In this document: one piece after another, positions 36,093 to 43,262 of the stretch
Position numbering within the stretch: the first letter of the stretch is position 1
Layout of the letters: each line of letters begins with the position of its first letter
Source of the DNA: Priapulus caudatus
Lineage: Eukaryota
NCBI RefSeq assembly: GCF_000485595.1
Contig: NW_014577063.1
Span: forward strand, 684,854 to 728,115
Direction: 5' to 3'
Length of the DNA: 43,262 nucleotides
Notes under the pieces: model-generated
Told to the model about the DNA's origin: nothing
The model's database searches: none
What the model saw: only the letters and a program-made list of their open reading frames with translations
Position numbers and translations under genes: made by a program

Positions 36093-38809
36093 ACAAATAT
36101 AGAACTATTTATGTATTTGAACAAATACATAATACAAATACGTGGCTAAGTGGTAATTTGTTCCTTGTAAAGTAACGAAATATTACACAGTAATTACAAC
36201 GGTTTTTATCGTGTATTGTCAACGTCACACCTGTTACTGCACCAGCAACTCTATATAAAGAATTTCATAACTTGAGCTATCAAGGGCTGCAAACGACGTA
36301 TAATACAGGAAGATAATATAATATGTCTTACCTTTCTTGTTTATAACACAGCTCATCATAAATAATACACTGTACGCAATTTTTATATAAATCATAATCA
36401 TGGCTTTTCGTTGCTCAAACGAAAAACTACACCTCAAACAAAAGGAAAAAGGTAGAACAGAACAAACATGAGGTGGTAGCCTTTCTGGGACTAACTAAAG
36501 TGAGCCACCTAGCATTTGTAGCTTGACTTAACAATTCTGGAACATTGAAAGGGGGCAGGAAAGGGGTCAGCGTTGCAAAATGAACTAAATGATGGTAGTT
36601 TTATTAAACTATTTGAGACCAATATAAGCTAGAAGACGTATGTACATGTTTATTATTTTCTCAACTATTAATTATCGTTAGCACGTGATTATAAGTTTGC
36701 ATTTGATCAAGTTGAATTTTACTCCTCGATGTGTTAAGTATTCCTACACCCAAGCTATTTATTGTTCCACCCATATAGGTTTCCTCAATGGCTTCTGTGA
36801 CCTTGTTATAGAAAATGCAACAGGTTGCCATGACCTGAGATATTAAACCACTCGGGAATATATGTCAAAGTCCTACATACGTTTCAGCTGGATTTGAGTT
36901 GCTAAACCTTATTGTGCGTATGTTGGTTATTTCGTTGGTGAATATCTGTTGACTCGTAAGCAAGACGAGTAGCTTTGCTTGCAGGCATACACGCACAAAC
37001 CCACGCGTATATACGGGTGAAAATTATATGCACAACGTGTACGCAAGTTTTCATTCATGCTTCACGCTTGCATGTACGTTCAACACACGCTCAGTCACAT
37101 GTCTGTATGTACACTGAAGCAGCCTTCTTGAGATTGCAGGGGAATACTGATACGAATGACTTGAAGTACAGTGATGTGTTTAAATATTGATTCCCAAGTA
37201 AATATGCTCATTGCTAAGATGGTGATTTCACAGAAAAGCACACAAGTGTATTATTTAAACCAGGATTGAGGTTAACCAGAAATTATCAGTATATGATAAT
37301 GATTCTCATTTGCTGAGGCAGATACGAGTTTATGCCAACATGCACTGATTCCCAACAGCATAATGCCATATATGTCCTTTAGATAATTTACCTGTATTTA
37401 CCTGTACAGCCACACATCCAGAGAGATATGATACAAGATTGCGTGGCACAGCTTTGCTGTTGATCCTAAGCGCTGCGCGCGGATGAGACACGCAGTTCTG
37501 CAGGATATGCGCGCGCGACCGCCCGAGGCCCGGCGCACGTCTCCACAGCGGTCAGCGAATGGTCTGTAGTTTTAGAAGATAACAATGAAGACATTGTTCT
37601 AAATAAGAAGTATCGGCGGCTAAATAAGAGCAATATACAGACTTTTGAATTTCTTGACTAGTCAGTCAAAGGGCTTGTTGGTGTTCCATTTATTATGCAG
37701 AGCTTCCAATTGAAATGTCTCATGAAATTGTCAAGTGGAATTGTGTTTTTCGGAACCCCAAAGAAAATGTCTCCCTCTTACATGCACCCATTCCCTGATC
37801 AATCACGCGTTCAGGCGTAAACAATAACAGCGATGAAATTGTGTTGAGTTTATGGCTCTTGGCGCACGTGCATTGACGTACAAGACTGATGAAAGCACAG
37901 GCACTTGGAACGTCTCAATAAAAATAAATCTTCACACAATTTTTCACAATGATCGACCGCCTGTGTGCAAAATAGGTGAACGTATGTGAAACATATACGG
38001 TTAATTAGTACTTACTGTGACATATCCGTGACTAACTGACACCACTAAACTGGTAAAATGTTCCATGCACCTTAAGAAATGCTGAGAAATTACGAGGTTA
38101 TCATCGCAGAACTCCCGACACCGCCCATCCTGATGTCACAAAGCTATATGTAAACAAACACGCGTGTTGCGAGGTGCGTGCCTCCGATATCCATTTCGAG
38201 GCCCGCTAAGCCAAGCATAAAGCGCGCGGGCAAGACGTCACACACACAGCTACGTTTATTGGCTAAAACAATCGAGTAGCGCGGTTAGGGATTTTCAAAA
38301 TTATATAATTTTAAGAAAAACTTCAATGTTCAATGAATGACGCACTCGTTCACTTCCGAAAGCGGGTAAAAATGCCAAATTTTTCCACTTCGGTGCGAAA
38401 TGCATCGGCTGGGCCTTTCATTTATTACGAAAAGCAAACATTATTGCCAAACACCTACACACAGTAACCGGTCACGTCGTTGACGCCCCATTCATGCCCA
38501 TCAACGAAGAAGGCGGGGCTTATTCTGATTACGGAAATGCGAAAATTCAACAGAAGGACGTAGCGCAGTGCGCTAAACAGCGTGTTATTTTCGTATTTGT
38601 GCCAAACTCTATAGTAGGAAACCGTTCTAGCCTAGCAGAATGCCCTAGTTCCTGAGATCGGCGATTTGGTGCTCTAATGGTATTATACCTAGAAGTTATA
38701 ATAGAGAGGTGCGGCATAGACTGTGATTGGAAGACACAAAGTGTCAATCCTCGGCACGCCTCGGCATCATGGCCGCATCACGTCAAGGGTTTGCATGGCT
38801 ATCAAAGGG

Positions 38810-40553
38810 TTAGGCAGCTTGTGCTTATATAAAACCCTGAACTGTCCAATAGCGGCCTAATTCGATTTTAAATGAGAGCACGTCCTTTGCCGCAATAACA
38901 TGTTGGGGAAGGCTGTTCCAGCTGTCAATCACTCTCTGAGAGAAAACGACGACTGCACTCTTTGTACAGTTTCATGCTGTGACCTTTGGTGGTGGACAGG
39001 ACTGAGGGTGAAAAAAATGTCCTATGGTCAATGTTCTCCAAACCTGTCATAATCTTGTAGGTCTTGATAAGATCAGCTCTCTCTCTACGCGTCTCTAGAG
39101 TAGTAAGATTCAGCCTTTGAAGTCTTTGCTGGTATGACAAGCTACCCAACCCTTCCACTAGTTTAGTCGCTCGTCTCTGAACTTTTGCAAGGAGCTCTAT
39201 GACCTTTATCAAATATGGTCTCCAAGCTTGTATTGCATATTCAAGGTGTGGACGGACCAAGGACTTATATAAGGGAACAATGGTGTGCCTCGACCTGTCG
39301 GTAAAACACCTTCTGATGACTCCTAGCACCTTGTTTGCTGCTTCTGCACACTGTCTAGATGGTTTTAGTGAGGCATTAACTATAACCCCTAAGTCCTTCT
39401 CCTCAGTCACATTGGCTAATGGCACATTGTTCATATGATATGTGACCTCGGGGTTTCCATGACCCATGTGAATGCATTTGCACTTGTCCAAGTTGAACAG
39501 CATCTGCCAGGCCTCTGACCACTTAAACAATTTGTTCAGATCGCCTTGTAGCTTGTGGACTTGATCCATCGAACTGACACTTCCGAATAGCTTGGTGTCG
39601 TCCGCAAACTTGGAGAGACTACTGGTCACTGTATCGTCAATGTCGTCAATGTACACTAAGAAAAGGACAGGGCCAAGCACAGACCCTTGAGGCACACCAC
39701 TTGTCACTGGTCTCCAGTCCGATTGTTGACCATTCACAACTACTCTCTGCCTTCGTTCCCTTAGCCACTCCTCAATCCAACTGACAACGGTTCCTTCTAT
39801 TCCAAACGCCCTTAGTTTCCGAATCGGTCTCTTGTGTGGTACCTTATCGAAGGCCTTTTGGAAGTCCAAATATATGACGTCAATAGGATTTTCTTCAGCT
39901 ACGTGCTTGGTGACACTTTCCAGAAATTCCAGAAGATTAGTCAGACACGACCGCGCTGAGCGAAATCCATGTTGTGTGGTGTTCATGAGCTGATGCTGTT
40001 CGATATGGCGCACAATATGGTTCCGTAAACATGCTTCCATGATCTTGCAAGCCACGGACGTCAGGCTAACCGGTCTGTAGTTGCACGGTCGGTATCTGGG
40101 ACCTTTCTTAAAGAGTTCGTAAGTTTCCAGGGCCATATCCTGGCATTCAACATGAAACCAACATTCACACAGTTCACATTGCAAGGCATTTTCACTGTCG
40201 GCCACTCTACAATTACACTTACAGCACATGTCGTCGTTACACTCTTTAGTGCAAACATCGTTGGTGTCACTCACGCTAACGCTGGTTAGTTGAACTTTAC
40301 TTACACTGCTGACACTCCTGGCTCCACGTGCAGAACTTACTTTTTTTGGTCCCATCATGTACCACAAATAATTCACATAGAAATCCCCATCAGTTATAGA
40401 TGTTTCAACTTTGTACTTATGTGCAGATAGATGCCACAACGAAGTAATTACTAAATTAATTTACTGAGTAATATTATACCTAGTAGTAGTACTAGACTTC
40501 GTCCCGGCAGCCGCCCCGGTAACACGCAAGAGACGAGATAGTAGGCTGTGTTA
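38810..40553 (-). mobile_element. Internally deleted CR1 LINE
   Basis: 5' UTR motif shared with the other CR1. ORF1 N-terminus/PHD is joined to RT. The C-terminal FSQRVIDSWNSLP motif is out of frame beyond 38925. Confidence 0.93.
38925..40358 (-). CDS. In-frame PHD finger-reverse transcriptase fusion ORF (CR1-derived, no endonuclease)
   Basis: MMGPKK...CCKC...CELCECWFHVEC...ETYELFKKGPRYRPCNYRPVSLTS...DFQKAFD...GVPQGSVLGP...FADDTK, with no stops. Confidence 0.7.
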   Translation of the reverse strand: MMGPKKVSSARGARSVSSVSKVQLTSVSVSDTNDVCTKECNDDMCCKCNCRVADSENALQCELCECWFHVECQDMALETYELFKKGPRYRPCNYRPVSLTSVACKIMEACLRNHIVRHIEQHQLMNTTQHGFRSARSCLTNLLEFLESVTKHVAEENPIDVIYLDFQKAFDKVPHKRPIRKLRAFGIEGTVVSWIEEWLRERRQRVVVNGQQSDWRPVTSGVPQGSVLGPVLFLVYIDDIDDTVTSSLSKFADDTKLFGSVSSMDQVHKLQGDLNKLFKWSEAWQMLFNLDKCKCIHMGHGNPEVTYHMNNVPLANVTEEKDLGVIVNASLKPSRQCAEAANKVLGVIRRCFTDRSRHTIVPLYKSLVRPHLEYAIQAWRPYLIKVIELLAKVQRRATKLVEGLGSLSYQQRLQRLNLTTLETRRERADLIKTYKIMTGLENIDHRTFFSPSVLSTTKGHSMKLYKECSRRFLSESD

Positions 40554-40837
40554 GTAGTTATAGCGAATATATTATTAACACTCACACTGTGCTGAATTTG
40601 GAAAGCCCACCAACTTCAAATGCTAGACATATAAAGTTGCAGTCAAGCTGCTGTGTCGTGGCTTGTATAGCTTCTCTATAACTTCTATAACTATATGTTA
40701 GGGTCTCATTCCCTATGATCTAATTATGAATATAAAGATCAAGCACATGCGTGCTTCATTTCGCAACTGAACACTGGATATTTTGATAATATGCGGAAAT
40801 TCTACATAATCTCCGTATGCTTGTTTACATAGGTAAA

Positions 40838-41044
40838 ATGAGGCGAGTGTTTTTCAAATGCCCGCATCGATGCCTGTGCCAGTGTAGACGTCTGAGAACG
40901 AGACTAAAGCTACATCGCGACGCATGTAGGCTGGCCTTCCACTCGCTCGTCTACAACTCGTTCACTACGTGGAGTCAAGTCATCGATGCCATGCTCGAAC
41001 CCATGTACTGGTTCGTCGATACGTTCGCTAAATACTTGGGTCCG
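40838..41044 (+). CDS. ZDHHC16: Palmitoyltransferase ZDHHC16, first coding exon
   Basis: AFHSLVYNSF...IDAMLEPMYWFVD...LGP|gtgagt matches the recalled ZDHHC16 N-terminus (SLLYNSF...EPVYWLVD). Confidence 0.85.
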
Positions 41045-41118
41045 GTGAGTTACAATGAAGAGTCTTCACGTCACAGTGCTATATGCATTCTACTGTTAAA
41101 TTCCATGAGATCTTTTCC

Positions 41119-42233
41119 TTTTTAGCTCATCTGACGTAGTCAGATGCAGCTTGTAGAATCGCATGATCGTGCGTCCGTGCGTCCGTTCGTCCGTGCGTGC
41201 GTGCGTCAACAGTTGGGCACAAATCTTAACCGCTCGACGTACGGTCGGGACGTCGGGGGGGCGGGTATCGTAAAAGGACTTCAGGACATTAAAAATTTGC
41301 TGGGTCAGGGTCAACAGGTCAAGATGTGCTAAACGACGGGGAATATTTTCCCTTAACTTAAGGTATAGTAGAGCGAAATACGGATTGCGGCACCAAATCT
41401 TCAACAGGCTCGACTATGCTCTTAATATTCGGTGTATAGTGTGATGCGGCAGGAAACCCATCTGACACAGTGCGAAATTAGGCAGAGTTCTCAAAGGGAG
41501 TGGGGGAAAGCGTCAGATATCAGACGTAATCTGTTCTGAGGACTTGGCCTACTAATGGACATGCTGAAAATGTTTTTGATTTCAGCGCTGAACACGCCTA
41601 TTTTTATCACTTTATTGAAAGGACCATGAAATGTGCTTTCCACTGACGTGCGAAGAGTAAGTGTCTGATAACCTTTTGACGCTCACAGAGGAGGGTAACA
41701 TTGGATTCTGTGAGCTGCCTCAATGACGTCACAGTGTTGTCATATTCATGGCACATTCATAATCTAGAAACCCAATAAGCCTGGATAGCCAAACGCGTAC
41801 AGCACAGGCATCACGGCTAAAAGGTCATTGGATCGAATCCAATCAGATTTTTTATTATTTACCTGTTTTCTGTATTTTTCCATCTTTATCCATTTAACTA
41901 TTTTTTTCCAATTAACGCAAATATTTACATGATTTATTTACAACAATTTAATAACAACAAATAATGTTTACAACAATTAATTTTTTTTTTTAATAGGGTT
42001 AGGGTTGGGGTCACAATGCACCATAAAACAGGAGTTTCAGGCACGCGATTTGTATCAACCAATGGAATTTGGGAGGTATGCAGAATGCAGAAGGTTGCTG
42101 AAATGATGTGTACGCAACTGCGTATCTGCATATCTGCGCCTAACAAAGGTGTCACTACGCACGACTTAAATGTTACGTTTATAACCGTAGCAACAGACCT
42201 CAGATGAGCCCAGACGCTCTGCGGCCCTTGTTT
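41119..42233 (+). mobile_element. Helentron-type non-autonomous element (HINE/DINE-1/pearl-like)
   Basis: 5' ttttagctcatctga with adjacent inverted copy tcagatg, a (GTCC/GTGC)n microsatellite, and 3' sub-TIR tcagatgagc followed by a short GC-rich end and ttgttt. Confidence 0.75.
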
Positions 42234-42545
42234 GTAGCAACTTGTGTTGTGTTATTGCGTTGAATTTTTCTTAAATGTTAATGAGTGAAAGGTTATTTTA
42301 TTATTTGAAGTTTAGAACTAAATAAATCGTGTACCAGTGCATTGATAACACAGCATCAATAATAGAGTTTATTAAACTAATCATACATCATAGAAAGAAT
42401 TATTTTTGTATCATAAATCATTTCCAGCAGTAGACTTCGTTTTTACGCGTAGTATCATATGTGTGAATATAACTGCTTTCACACAGTGTATGATATGAGC
42501 CAGCTACAAAAGGGGACTTTCAGCACGACAATGTCTTTTTTTCAG

Positions 42546-42737
42546 GCCATGGTGAGCCTTGTGATTTTCTTGACGTTATCCGTCGTCATCATCTTCTACC
42601 TTATCATCATTCCTTTCACCGTCTTGCGGAGTTTCTACCTGACGGTGTGGCACCTGGTGTTTGGCCATTGGATCCTGATTATGATAGTGTTTAACTACTT
42701 CATGGGCGTACTCACTCACCCTGGAAAACCTCCAAAG
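42546..42737 (+). CDS. ZDHHC16: ZDHHC16 second coding exon (TM1-TM2)
   Basis: tttttcag|GCC...AAG|gtatgt, phase 0 to 0; LVIFLT...WHLVFGHWILIMIVFNY...THPGKPP. Confidence 0.9.
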
Positions 42738-43043
42738 GTATGTAACTACTAATTGCAGGTGACCCCCCAGATAAACCTCCTGAAACCCGTGGAATTATGT
42801 GATGGGTTAACCAACCCACCAGGGTAAACTGCATGGGTATATAATGTTTGCTCTACACACCAGGACAAAATTTGATTAAAAAAAGCCATTGTTCGCAAAG
42901 AGTGCAAAGAATATGTAGAATTTCATGTTTACTCCACAGAAGGCTATCTTCTGTTATTTTTGCATGGCCTTTAATTGAAAACCATGCATAGTCATTAGAG
43001 GGGATGAAATACACAATGATGCCTGCTAATCAAATAGATTTCA

Positions 43044-43262
43044 TTAGCTCATCTGACATAGTCAGATGCAGCTTGTAGAATCGCTTGATCGTCCGTCCGT
43101 CCGTGCGTCCGTGCGTCCGTCCGTGCGTCAACAGTTGGGCACAAATCTTAACCGCTCGACGTACGGTCACGATATTCGGGTCGTTGGGGGGGATCGTCAA
43201 AACGAGTTGGGATGTCGAAGCTGGGGGTAAAAGGTCAAGAGGTGTAAAAGAAGGGGGGAACA
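43044..43262 (+). mobile_element. Second Helentron-type element, 5' part (runs off the window)
   Basis: First ~125 bp nearly identical to 41121-41246. Confidence 0.8.

Noticed and set aside
14738..42737. Functional cluster of a palmitoylated adaptor and a palmitoyltransferase
   Set aside because: Gene proximity in animal genomes is weak evidence; nothing in the sequence links them.

Overview
Intron-rich, repeat-rich genomic DNA from a non-vertebrate animal (inferred from the GT-AG introns and from the gene and transposon families). Three host genes could be reconstructed exon by exon with consistent splice phases. (1) A 9-exon minus-strand gene (14850->4576, ~985 aa) encodes a single-pass adaptor: tiny ectodomain, juxtamembrane CVCC, about 15 YxxV/I/L/M motifs, Pro-rich motifs and C-terminal STRF. 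This architecture closely resembles vertebrate PAG1/Cbp. (2) A minus-strand vitellogenin-receptor-like LRP gene (35469->26219) has 4+5 LDLa repeats and three YWTD propellers, with most of the protein in one 4.2-kb exon. (3) The first two coding exons of ZDHHC16 lie on the plus strand (40838->42737). The mobile DNA comprises a decayed CR1-type LINE, a second CR1 whose internal deletion fuses the ORF1 PHD finger in frame to the RT, a SINE with a 15-bp TSD, hAT, Harbinger, MULE-like and AcademH-like non-autonomous elements, Helentron-type elements, an 825-bp near-perfect palindrome and microsatellites. All homology calls come from motif recognition, not database searches.
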